Shown here in pieces: positions 9,310 through 18,416 of a DNA stretch of 64,000 nt. Made by a program: the position numbers and the translations under genes. The notes beneath the pieces are model-generated. The model was not told the DNA's origin. It saw only the letters and a list, made by a program, of their open reading frames with translations, and made no database searches. The stretch comes from a bacterium (lineage in GTDB: Bacteria > Eisenbacteria > RBG-16-71-46). Numbering within the stretch: the first letter of the stretch is position 1; every line of letters begins with the position of its first letter. The stretch covers positions 8 through 64,007 of the forward strand of contig JAYWEM010000104.1 in the NCBI GenBank assembly GCA_043779265.1, written 5' to 3'.

Positions 9310-9912
9310 ATGAACTCAGGCCGCCCTGCTTTCCGTCTTTGCATCGCCGCTCTCGCGCTCGCATGCGCCCTGCCGCTTGCCGCCACCGCAGAGGATCGAT
9401 CGGGGCCCGGCGTGGCGGATGCCAAGGATCCCGCCCTTGCTCCGCGGCTCCCGCTGGTGCGCGCGGTCACGCCGGCGCGCAGCACGGCGCCGCTGCGCCT
9501 GCGCACCCGGCCCGCCAGCCCATTGACCGAGGCCGAGCAGTTCACCGACGCCGGGCTCGATCGGCCCGCTTCGTCGCTGACCGCTCGCGAGCGCGCCAAG
9601 CTCGAAGCGGCACGGATCTCGGTGGCTGCGGCGCGTGCTGCGCGTGGAGCCTCGGCTCCCGCCGTGCGATCGCTCGATCCGGCCACCCCTCTGCATTCGA
9701 TCGGGGATGGCGCGGCCGGCAAGCTCGAGCGGTTGCGTCTCGCTCAGCCCGCCGCGCTGGCCAACGATCCCGCCCAGCGCGGCCTGCCCCCCGTGTTGCA
9801 GTCGCGCCAGAGGCAGGGGGCGCAAGTGCCGAGTGCGAGTGAGCGCGAGAAGCTCAAGGCGAATCCCACGTCGAGCGTGACGCCCGAGCCCGCGAAGGAG
9901 TCGGAGCGATGA
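9310..9912 (+). CDS. Secreted low-complexity Ala/Arg/Pro-rich protein of about 200 aa, co-translated with the downstream metalloprotease.
   Basis: It starts with the signal peptide MNSGRPAFRLCIAALALACALPLAATA. GGAGGA lies 8 nt upstream. Its stop overlaps the next ATG as ATGA. Confidence 0.55.
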   Translation: MNSGRPAFRLCIAALALACALPLAATAEDRSGPGVADAKDPALAPRLPLVRAVTPARSTAPLRLRTRPASPLTEAEQFTDAGLDRPASSLTARERAKLEAARISVAAARAARGASAPAVRSLDPATPLHSIGDGAAGKLERLRLAQPAALANDPAQRGLPPVLQSRQRQGAQVPSASEREKLKANPTSSVTPEPAKESER

Positions 9913-12900
9913 GCCGGATCCGCCTCGCCCTCGCGGCCACGCTCGCGATCGTCGCTCTGCTGCCCACCGCCCTCGCCGCCAAGCCCGTCGTTCCCGAGCC
10001 GCAGTTCGGGCAGTTCGACCCCGCCGACCTCGCCGCCGCGCGAGCCCATGGCGAAGCGGCCAAGCTGCGCCATGATTCGGCGCTCGAGACCGATTGCATC
10101 GAAGCCGGGGAGTCGGCGGCCCGCCTGCGCAAACCGGTGCGCTCGACATCCTCGAGTGCGCTGCTCAACAGCGAGGACCCCGACGCGGTGCACTATGCGC
10201 GCGGGACCACCCTCGTGTTCCACGTGTTCATCGACCACAACCAGGGCTCGTGGAGCACGACCGAACGCAATGCGGCCGCAGCCAAGGCCGCACTCGCGAA
10301 GCAGTGGTACGTCGACGAGGCGCCCGCCGACGCCAACATGGACTTCGATCACCTTGGCGGCACCGGGTACTACTACTATCAGACGGCCGACCTCAACATC
10401 GACGGTGACACGTTGTCCGGCGCCGAGATCCAGACCGTCATCGCCAGCTTCGGTTTCACCGACGACAACGGCGACGGAGACCTGCGCGATGACTTCTCGT
10501 TGTTCTGGCAGGACTGGAATGGCGGCTACGACAACGTCATCCTGGTCTACCAGCCCGCCGACGCCATCGGCCGCGCCAGCGCCAACCTGGGCATCTCGCG
10601 CATCACGCACTACACCGATGATGCGTGGACCGTCTGGCGCCACGAGATGGGCCATGTGTTCGGGAGCTGCGACGAATATGACGGCGACGGCTGCAACAGC
10701 TGCGCCACGTGCCATGGCACGTATCACATCACCGCCGGCACGAACGGTAATTGCCAGGGACACGCGTGCGGCGACAACCAAGCCTGCGTGATGATCGACA
10801 ACGTCGACGCGCACTGCACGTTCACCGAGTACCACTGGGGCTGGGACGACTCCGACTCCAGTGGTCTGCTCGACACGATGAAGCGGCAGACCACGCTCGC
10901 ATCGTTCGTCAACATCAACGAGATGTTCCACAACGGCTTCTACCGGACGTCGAATACGACCAACGGGTTCATCGCCACGCAGCAGTGGGACTCCTGGGCC
11001 GCCTTCGCCGTGCGGCCTGCGGTGGGCAGCAACCACAACCTGCGCGTGTACCACGACAACAATCACAACTTCCTGGTGGGCACCTCGTCGCAGGCGGGCT
11101 CGGCCGTCGACTTCGTGGTCGGCGACTACAACCACAACCGCATCGGCAACGAACATCTTCAGGTGAACCTGGCCTCCGGGCCGGTGGGGCAGTTCAACGC
11201 GACCTGGGAGAGTGGCACCGGCACGCTCTACCCCAACGGCGTCTATGTGGGTACTCAGACCTGGAACGACTACAACGTCGTGCGCACATACGACGTGCCG
11301 CTGTTCGGTACCGAGGAGGTGACCTTCACGCTCGACGTGCAGACCCCTGGTCTCGACATGGGCTTCGCGCTCTATCGCTCCAATGGCGACACGTACTTCG
11401 CCGGGCGCAGCTCGGCCGTGGCCGCCTCCGACGTCGGAGGCAATGGCGCCAACGAGACGTTCACCTACACCGTGCCCGCAGACGACATCTACGGGCTCGT
11501 CGTGTGGTCCAACAACGAACTCGCTGGCACGTTCGACATCCGCATCGGCACGCCACTCGCCACGCTCACCGACGATGTCTCGTTCCTCTCGGGCATCGAT
11601 CTCCGGCTCTACGACTACGACCCAGTCGCCGGCTACTGGGGCGTGGTGGGCACACGCCCCAACGGCACCTCGGACGCGGACCAATCGCTGTTCGCCGATG
11701 CGAATTTCACGACGCTGCTCGAGGAGTCCAGCTACTCCGGGCAGTCGGTGGACTTCATCGCGGTGGACTACAACCACGCGAGTTCCAGCATCGACTACCT
11801 GCGCGTGAATCGCGACGTGGGTACGGACACGCACCTGACCGAGTTCGAACAAGGCGCCGAGGTCATGGATGGCTATGAGCCGTTCACGTGGGAGGCCAAC
11901 GACGTCGCCGATGTATGGGACACCTACCTCACGACGGGCGTGCCGTACTTCTTCCGCGAGTACCACAGCACCGTCACCGGGTTCGACAGCGGCCTCTATC
12001 TGGTGGGCAGCAGCGGCGGCGACTACTACCAGTCGCGCAACGACCTGCTCGCCTTCGCCAACTCGCGCCTGATGAGCGAGGGCGGGGAGTGGTTCGCCTA
12101 CACACCGGTCGCCACCGATTGGTATGGCTTCGTGGTGCTGGGTAACGCGGAGAACGCCGCCAGCAGCGGATCGCTGTGGATGGGCCGCCAGGAGACACTG
12201 ACCGAGGAAGCGCGCGTGACCCGCAGCGAGGAGGTGCAGTTCGACCTCTTCACACCAACCCCATCCTACTGGAACGTCCTGGCGACGCGTCCGACGGGAG
12301 CGGACGCCGTGGGCATCGCCCTCTACGAGGATGAGGGCTACGGCAGTCTCGTCACCTCCGACTTCAGCACGGGCGTCAGCTTCGTGGTCGGCGACTGGAA
12401 CCACAGCCCGCAACCCACGATCTACCCTCGCATCCGCCGCAGCGTGGGCGTGAGTAGCTACGACATCGAGTTCGAGGGCGCAGCGGATGCCATCGTGCCG
12501 CCCGCCAACTCACCCTATGTGCTCACGTCCTCATGGACGTCGCTCGATGTCGCCGAGGTTTACGACCTGTGGATCCCGGGTGGCGTGGTGGGAGGCCAGA
12601 ACGTCGCTATCATGGTCGAGAGCCTCACCGGCGACCTCGACCTCGGAATCGAGTTGTTCCGTTCGAACGGCGCCGAGTACTTCGCGGGCCGCGGCAGTGG
12701 CGTCGCTGCGGCCAATGCGCTGGGGGCCGGCGGCACCGAGGGACTCGTGTACGTCGCCACCACGAGTGACTATCACGGGCTCGTCGTGTTCAACAACAAC
12801 GACAATGGCGGAACGTGGCGACTCACGATCTACAATCCCGCCGTCGTCGGGGTGGGCGATGCGACGTTGCCGGCCACGCTGTCGCTGGCAGCGGCGCCGA

Positions 12901-13148
12901 ACCCGGCTCGTGGCGAGATGGCCCTGTCGTACGCGTTGCCCGCCGATGGCGAAGTGAGCCTGGAGGTGTTCGACCTGCAGGGTCGCCTCGTGCGAGCGCT
13001 GGCGAGTGGTCGGCAGACTGCGGGCCGGCATCAGGTGCGCTGGGACGGCCGCGACGCCACCGGCGAGGCCAAGAGCGTCGGCATCTATCTGGCGCGTCTG
13101 CGCCTGAACGGCGAGGAGCGGCAGATCAAGTTGGTGCGCGGCGAGTAG
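9909..13148 (+). CDS. Secreted zinc metalloprotease (HExxH) with three tandem internal domains of about 190 aa and a C-terminal FlgD-Ig/T9SS-like domain.
   Basis: It has a signal peptide. HEMGHVFGSCDEYD is the zincin motif. It has three repeats containing SVDFVVGDYNHN, SVDFIAVDYNHA and VSFVVGDWNHS, and LDMGFALYRSNGDTYFAGR paired with LDLGIELFRSNGAEYFAGR. The C-terminus is ...GIYLARLRLNGEERQIKLVRGE. Confidence 0.75.
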   Translation: MSRIRLALAATLAIVALLPTALAAKPVVPEPQFGQFDPADLAAARAHGEAAKLRHDSALETDCIEAGESAARLRKPVRSTSSSALLNSEDPDAVHYARGTTLVFHVFIDHNQGSWSTTERNAAAAKAALAKQWYVDEAPADANMDFDHLGGTGYYYYQTADLNIDGDTLSGAEIQTVIASFGFTDDNGDGDLRDDFSLFWQDWNGGYDNVILVYQPADAIGRASANLGISRITHYTDDAWTVWRHEMGHVFGSCDEYDGDGCNSCATCHGTYHITAGTNGNCQGHACGDNQACVMIDNVDAHCTFTEYHWGWDDSDSSGLLDTMKRQTTLASFVNINEMFHNGFYRTSNTTNGFIATQQWDSWAAFAVRPAVGSNHNLRVYHDNNHNFLVGTSSQAGSAVDFVVGDYNHNRIGNEHLQVNLASGPVGQFNATWESGTGTLYPNGVYVGTQTWNDYNVVRTYDVPLFGTEEVTFTLDVQTPGLDMGFALYRSNGDTYFAGRSSAVAASDVGGNGANETFTYTVPADDIYGLVVWSNNELAGTFDIRIGTPLATLTDDVSFLSGIDLRLYDYDPVAGYWGVVGTRPNGTSDADQSLFADANFTTLLEESSYSGQSVDFIAVDYNHASSSIDYLRVNRDVGTDTHLTEFEQGAEVMDGYEPFTWEANDVADVWDTYLTTGVPYFFREYHSTVTGFDSGLYLVGSSGGDYYQSRNDLLAFANSRLMSEGGEWFAYTPVATDWYGFVVLGNAENAASSGSLWMGRQETLTEEARVTRSEEVQFDLFTPTPSYWNVLATRPTGADAVGIALYEDEGYGSLVTSDFSTGVSFVVGDWNHSPQPTIYPRIRRSVGVSSYDIEFEGAADAIVPPANSPYVLTSSWTSLDVAEVYDLWIPGGVVGGQNVAIMVESLTGDLDLGIELFRSNGAEYFAGRGSGVAAANALGAGGTEGLVYVATTSDYHGLVVFNNNDNGGTWRLTIYNPAVVGVGDATLPATLSLAAAPNPARGEMALSYALPADGEVSLEVFDLQGRLVRALASGRQTAGRHQVRWDGRDATGEAKSVGIYLARLRLNGEERQIKLVRGE

Positions 13149-13384
13149 CGACGCAGCCCGATCGGCACGCGGCCCGGGGAGCTTTGCCTTCCCGGGCCAC
13201 GTCGCGCCGATGACGAGAACTAGCGAAGGAGTGGCCAGGATCAGCAGTCGGGTCGCAGGGCTCATCGGACGCTTCAGGCGAAGCGGGGGATGCGTATCGA
13301 TGGGAAGGATGCGATCGGTCGCGCGTCAAAGGCGACGGCACGGTCCCTCGCTGTGCGCCGCACGGACCGCTAGACTGCCGCCCC

Positions 13385-14881
13385 ATGTCCACCGCCCTGT
13401 CCCCAAAGCGGTTCCGCGATTCGGCCGCCGTCATCCTCATGAGAGGGAAGGGCCGCGACCTCGAGGTGTTCTGGGTGCTGCGCAGCGACGTGGTCTCGGT
13501 GCAGCCGGGATTCCACGCGTTCATCGGGGGCAAGGTGGATGCGGCCGACGCCGAGCTGGTGCTGCCCGGCATCGCCGATGATCTCGACCGTGCGGCGCGC
13601 GCCTGCGCGCTCCGCGAGATGCTCGAGGAGACGGGCGTGCTGGCGGGGCTCACGAACGGCACGGCGGATGCCGCGACGCTTGCGCTCGCTCGTGAACGCC
13701 TCCTGGCCGGCGAAGCCAGCATCGCCTCGCTCGCCGCCGAGTACGGCTGGTCATTCGATCCGAACGAGCTCACGTTCGCCGGTCGCTGGCAGACGCCGGT
13801 GTTCGCCAACGTGCGATTCGATACGCACTTCTTCATGGCGCGCGTGCCCGAGGGCCAGGCGCCGAGCGTGCTGCCCGGGGAACTCGCGAGCGGCGAGTGG
13901 GTGAAGCCGCTCGAAGCGCTCGAGCGCTACCGCCACGGCCACGTCACGTTCGTCGCGCCCATCCTGTGGGCGTTGATCGCGCTCGCCGAAGGGGAGGACG
14001 GTCTCGCCGAGCGGCTCGCGCGTGGCCCCGAACGAGCGGGCCAGCCGATCCGCCGGATCGAGATGCAGTGGGGAGTCGTGCTGCATCCCATGGCCACCAA
14101 GCCGCTGCCGCCCTCGACGCACACCAATGCCTACCTGATCGGCGAGACCGAGATGGCGCTGGTCGATCCCGGCGCCGGTGACGAGGCGTCCTTGGCCGAA
14201 CTGTTCTCGCTGATCGACCTGCTGCAGGGCGAGGGACGCCGACTGACGATGATCATCGTGACGCACCACCACGGCGATCACACGGGTGGGGTCGTCGCGG
14301 CGCGCGAGCGCTATGGCGCGCGCGTCGTGGGGCATGCCCGCCTCGCCGAGCGCATGGCGATCGATGTCGCCGTGAAGGATGGCGACTGGCTGCCTCTCAC
14401 GCCCGGCCTGTCGGGTTGGCGGCTCCAGGTGGTGGAGACGCCGGGTCACACGCGCGACTCGATCAGCCTGTGGCAGCCGCGGCTGCGTTCGCTGTTCGTG
14501 GGCGATCTGCTGCCGGGTGGCGCCGGCAGCGTGATCATCGATCCTCCCGACGGGGACATGGCGCAGTATCTCGCGTCGCTCGAGCGTGTCGCGGCACTCG
14601 ACCCGGTGACGCTGTTCCCGGCGCATGGCTCGCCGCAGGGAGCGGCGGTGCGCCGCATCCGTCACCTGCTCGCGCATCGCATGGAGCGCGAGCTGCGCGT
14701 GCACGCCGCGCTCGAATCCGAGCCGCGCGCGATTGCCGAACTGCTGCCGCTCGCCTACTCCGACGTGAAGCCCGAGCTGTGGCCGTATGCCGAGCGCTCT
14801 CTGATCGCGCATCTCGAGAAGCTCGAGGGCGAGGGGCGAGCCGTGCAGCAGGGCGGTCGTTGGTACCGAGCGGACCACTGA
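13385..14881 (+). CDS. NUDIX hydrolase fused to an MBL-fold metallo-hydrolase.
   Basis: The N-terminal Nudix box is GGKVDAAD...ALREMLEETGV. The C-terminal IIVTHHHGDHTGG is the HxHxDH motif of the metallo-beta-lactamase fold. Confidence 0.75.
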   Translation: MSTALSPKRFRDSAAVILMRGKGRDLEVFWVLRSDVVSVQPGFHAFIGGKVDAADAELVLPGIADDLDRAARACALREMLEETGVLAGLTNGTADAATLALARERLLAGEASIASLAAEYGWSFDPNELTFAGRWQTPVFANVRFDTHFFMARVPEGQAPSVLPGELASGEWVKPLEALERYRHGHVTFVAPILWALIALAEGEDGLAERLARGPERAGQPIRRIEMQWGVVLHPMATKPLPPSTHTNAYLIGETEMALVDPGAGDEASLAELFSLIDLLQGEGRRLTMIIVTHHHGDHTGGVVAARERYGARVVGHARLAERMAIDVAVKDGDWLPLTPGLSGWRLQVVETPGHTRDSISLWQPRLRSLFVGDLLPGGAGSVIIDPPDGDMAQYLASLERVAALDPVTLFPAHGSPQGAAVRRIRHLLAHRMERELRVHAALESEPRAIAELLPLAYSDVKPELWPYAERSLIAHLEKLEGEGRAVQQGGRWYRADH

Positions 14882-14888
14882 GCGCGTG

Positions 14889-15749
14889 ATGCCGTTCGTC
14901 CTCGCGAGTCTCGCCTCGCTCCTCTATGGCTGCGCCGACTTCATGGGCGGTATCGCGGCGAGGCGCGCGCCGGTGCTGATGGCGACACTGCTCTCGCAGA
15001 TGGTGGGGCTCCTGGCGCTGGCGATCGCGGCGCCTTCGCTGGGCGGCATCAGTCGCTCGACCGACCTCTCCTGGGGCGTCGTCGCCGGCGTGGCCGGCAG
15101 CCTCGGCGTGCTCCTGCTCTACCGCGCGCTCGCCATCGGCACCGTGAGCACCGCGGCGCCGCTCGTCTCGATGGTCGCGCTGTGCATCCCGGTCGCCGTC
15201 GGGATCGCGGGCGGCGACGCGCTCGGATGGGCGGGCGGCTTCGGTATCGCCGCTGCGGTCGTGGCTGTTGCACTCATCAGCGGCGGGCCGAGTTCGCACG
15301 CGGGGGAGGCACCCGATCCGCGCGTCGCGCGTTCGGCGCTCGTCACCGCGGCCGCGAGCGGTGTGCTCGTCGGCTGCTTCCTCGTCAGCCTGGGGCAGAT
15401 CGGGCCGAGCGCGGGTCTGTGGCCGCTCGTCGTCGCGCGCGGCACCGGAACGGTCGTGCTGGGCAGCGTGCTCCTGCTGAGGCGTGGATCGATCCGCCCG
15501 CCGAGTCCCTCGATCGGCCCGATCCTGTTCGCCGGCGTCGCCGATGTGATCGCCAACGTGCTGTACGTCGCAGCCGTCCAGCATGGTCCGCTCAGCCTGA
15601 TCGCCACGATCGTGTCGCTGGCGCCTGCCTCGACCGTGCTGCTCGCACAACTCGTGCTGCGCGAGCAGTTGGGACGTCCTCAGAAATGGGGCGTCGCCCT
15701 GGCGTTGATCGCGGTGGTCCTTCTGGCTCAGGGCACGCGAGCCGACTGA
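14889..15749 (+). CDS. EamA/DMT-family transporter.
   Basis: It has ten predicted TM helices and two EamA-like halves. A GTG at 14886 is an alternative start. Confidence 0.7.
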   Translation: MPFVLASLASLLYGCADFMGGIAARRAPVLMATLLSQMVGLLALAIAAPSLGGISRSTDLSWGVVAGVAGSLGVLLLYRALAIGTVSTAAPLVSMVALCIPVAVGIAGGDALGWAGGFGIAAAVVAVALISGGPSSHAGEAPDPRVARSALVTAAASGVLVGCFLVSLGQIGPSAGLWPLVVARGTGTVVLGSVLLLRRGSIRPPSPSIGPILFAGVADVIANVLYVAAVQHGPLSLIATIVSLAPASTVLLAQLVLREQLGRPQKWGVALALIAVVLLAQGTRAD

Positions 15750-15758
15750 TCGCCGCGA

Positions 15759-18227
15759 TCAGTTCTCGGGCACCAGACGCTTGCGCCACGGCGCCGCCAT
15801 GTCGCTCCGCCCGGTCCTCTCGTAGATCTCGATGAGCGCCTGCACCGCGCGCTGGATCCCCGGGTGCTTCTCGTCCTTGAAATTGACGAGCAGGATCCGA
15901 TACGCCTCGATGAACTCGGGTTCGGCCTCCTGGAAGCGGCCCAGTCCGAACAGCGCCTCGGCGTGCGACTGCAGCGTGATCCCGAGTCCGATGAACTGCA
16001 GCGGCATGACCTTGCGCGTCGTGGAGACGGCCCGTCGCAAAAGGGCCTCGGCCTCGGCTAACTTGCCTTGTCGGCTGTAGAGCCGCCCCAGATTGGTCAT
16101 CGACACGAGCACATCCGGGTGTTCCTCGCCCAGGCGTCGGCGACTCACCTCGTAGTCCTTGGCGTAGAGCGGCTCCGCAAGCGTCGGCCGATCGGTCTGC
16201 ATGTAAAGCACGGCCAGGTTGTTGATCGAGTTCATGGTCTCGACATGCTCGGGCCCGGACACCTTGCGACGCAGTTCCAGCACGCGCATGGAGATCGGCT
16301 CCGCCTGTTCGAACTTGCCGGCTTCGATGAGCGTCCACGCGTAGTTGGCCATTGCCGTCAGCGTGTACGGGTGCTCGGCGCCTTCGAGTGCGAGGTGCCC
16401 GTTGTACGCGATCGCGAGCAGGCTCTCGGCTTCTGCGAGCCGTTCAACATCCGTGTAGAGGATCCCCAGCGCATTCATGCTCTGCAGCAAATCGGCGTGC
16501 TTCGGACCCAGCGACCGCTTCTGCTGTTCGATCGTGCTCAGGAACAGGGGCTCAGCCTCGCTTGCTCGTCCGAGCGAGGTGTAGAGCGTGGCGAGCTGAG
16601 TCGTCATGCGGAGTGTCGCCGGCGCCGTGGGCCCCGCGGCCGAATCCAGCATCGCACGCGCGGCGAGCACCGGAGCCTCGGCCTTGTCGAACATACCCAG
16701 GCGCAGGTAAGTGTCCGAGATCGAGCCGAGCAACTGCGCATGGATGCGCGGACGGTCGCCGAACTGCTCGGTTGCGGCGGCAATCGACTGCTCGAGGACA
16801 TTCGCGTCGATCACCCGCAGCGCCGCGTCGGTCATGTTGACCTCGGCCAGCTGCGCATGGAAGGACGCAGCCGAGCGTGCGACATCGTTCTCGGAGGCTC
16901 CTGCCTCGCGCCGCGCACGGGCGAGTCGCGACCCGAGATCGGCGGTGAGCCGCCGACCCATCTTCTCGGCATCGATCGCTCCGAGCATGTTGGTCTGGAA
17001 CTCGACCAGGATCTGGGCGTCCTGCTTGGCCTGTTCGGCATCGCGCCGCTGCGCCGCCTCGCGCAGGCCGAATGTGGTGGTGGCGATGATGCCGGCCACC
17101 AGCGCCACCAAGGTCGCCGCGACGCCAGCCACCAGCGTGCGATTGCGCTTCGCGAACTTGCTCAGCTGGTAGACCGTGCTCGGCGCTCGCGCCAGAATCG
17201 GCCGCGAGTCCAGGTGGCGCTCGATGTCCTCGGCCAGCGCTGCAGCGCTGCTGTAGCGCCGATCGACGTCCTTCTCGAGCGCCTTGCCGATGATCGTCTC
17301 GAGGTCGGCATCGGGCGAGCCCGAGCCGCTCCAGCTCTGGCGCAGCGAGGCCGGCGGCTGCTCGCAGATGATCCGCACGGATTCGACGATGGGGATGTTC
17401 TTCAGCTCGTAGGGCCGCCGCCCTGTGAGCATCTCGTAGAGGATCACGCCCAGCGAGTAGACGTCGCTGCGCAGGTCGATCTGCGAAGAGTCGCCGCGCG
17501 CCTGCTCGGGGCTCATGAACGGCAGCGTCCCCATGATGACGCCGACCTCGGTGATCGCGGTCGCCACCTCGATGTCGGCGCCGGTGATCCGCGCGAGTCC
17601 GAAGTCGAGCACCTTGAGCTCGGGCAGGCCGCTCGACATGCTGGAGAACGTGGCGCTCGATCCCTCGGCCGCCGCGTCGTGGTCCGACACGATGATGTTG
17701 GAGGGTTTGAGGTCGCGGTGGATGACGCCGCGCTGGTGCGCGTAGTTGACCGCGGCGCACAGCGACAGGAACAGCCGCAGGCGGAATCGCACTTCATCGG
17801 CATCGAGCGAACCGGTGCGCTCATTCAGGAAGCGATCGAGCGAGCGCCCACGAACGAGTTCCATCGCGAAGAAATGCTCGCCGCCCTCGGTGCGACCGGC
17901 TTCGTAGATGGCGCCGATGTTCGGATGCTTGAGCAGCGCGAGCGTGTCGGCCTCTCGCTTGAACAACCGCACCTGCGCCTCGTCCACGAACGAGCCGCCG
18001 CGGATCACCTTGAGCGCGACGCGGCGGCGCGGATGGTCCTGCTCGGCCTCGTACACGATCCCCATGCCGCCGGCGCCCAGTCGACCGATGATTCGATAGC
18101 CGCCGATCGAGTCGGGGATGTGGCTGGCGCGGCCGCGGGCGGGCGTGCGGCCATCGACGGTCGGCGCATCCTCGGCTTCGGGCGACACGGGCTTGGGCGG
18201 GTGCGGCCCGGAGGTGGGGCGTTCCAT
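15759..18227 (-). CDS. Ser/Thr protein kinase with one TM helix and C-terminal TPR repeats.
   Basis: It has GAGGMGIVYEA, VALKVI, HRDLKPSNIIV and DFGLA Hanks motifs. A TM segment, LVAGVAATLVALVAGIIATTTF, follows. A long TPR region then runs to the C-terminus. Confidence 0.8.
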   Translation of the reverse strand: MERPTSGPHPPKPVSPEAEDAPTVDGRTPARGRASHIPDSIGGYRIIGRLGAGGMGIVYEAEQDHPRRRVALKVIRGGSFVDEAQVRLFKREADTLALLKHPNIGAIYEAGRTEGGEHFFAMELVRGRSLDRFLNERTGSLDADEVRFRLRLFLSLCAAVNYAHQRGVIHRDLKPSNIIVSDHDAAAEGSSATFSSMSSGLPELKVLDFGLARITGADIEVATAITEVGVIMGTLPFMSPEQARGDSSQIDLRSDVYSLGVILYEMLTGRRPYELKNIPIVESVRIICEQPPASLRQSWSGSGSPDADLETIIGKALEKDVDRRYSSAAALAEDIERHLDSRPILARAPSTVYQLSKFAKRNRTLVAGVAATLVALVAGIIATTTFGLREAAQRRDAEQAKQDAQILVEFQTNMLGAIDAEKMGRRLTADLGSRLARARREAGASENDVARSAASFHAQLAEVNMTDAALRVIDANVLEQSIAAATEQFGDRPRIHAQLLGSISDTYLRLGMFDKAEAPVLAARAMLDSAAGPTAPATLRMTTQLATLYTSLGRASEAEPLFLSTIEQQKRSLGPKHADLLQSMNALGILYTDVERLAEAESLLAIAYNGHLALEGAEHPYTLTAMANYAWTLIEAGKFEQAEPISMRVLELRRKVSGPEHVETMNSINNLAVLYMQTDRPTLAEPLYAKDYEVSRRRLGEEHPDVLVSMTNLGRLYSRQGKLAEAEALLRRAVSTTRKVMPLQFIGLGITLQSHAEALFGLGRFQEAEPEFIEAYRILLVNFKDEKHPGIQRAVQALIEIYERTGRSDMAAPWRKRLVPEN

Positions 18228-18416
18228 GCGACCTCGGAGGAGAAGCGTCGGGGGAGTGGCACAAGTGTGAGGCGCACAGACTAGTGGACCCGCCGCCGCA
18301 TGGCACACCTCGGGGCGTGATCGGGGAGCGAGTCGGCACCGAACGTCGACGGGGCGGGAGCCGAAGCCCCCGCCCCGCCATGACGCGAGTGCGGCCCGCG
18401 TCCTACCACCGTGATC

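Noticed and set aside
13149-13384. A possible terminator hairpin (cccgggga...ttcccggg) after the metalloprotease gene.
   Set aside because: The stem is imperfect and there is no downstream T-tract, so it is not convincing as an intrinsic terminator.
13126-13836. A 236-aa minus ORF overlapping the end of the metalloprotease gene and the start of the NUDIX gene.
   Set aside because: It is a Ser, Ala and Arg-rich low-complexity translation antisense to two well-supported genes.
18330-18360. A GC hairpin, ggggcggg...cccgcccc, between the kinase start and the end of the 1070-aa gene.
   Set aside because: There is no U-run on the relevant (minus) strand, so it was not called a terminator.
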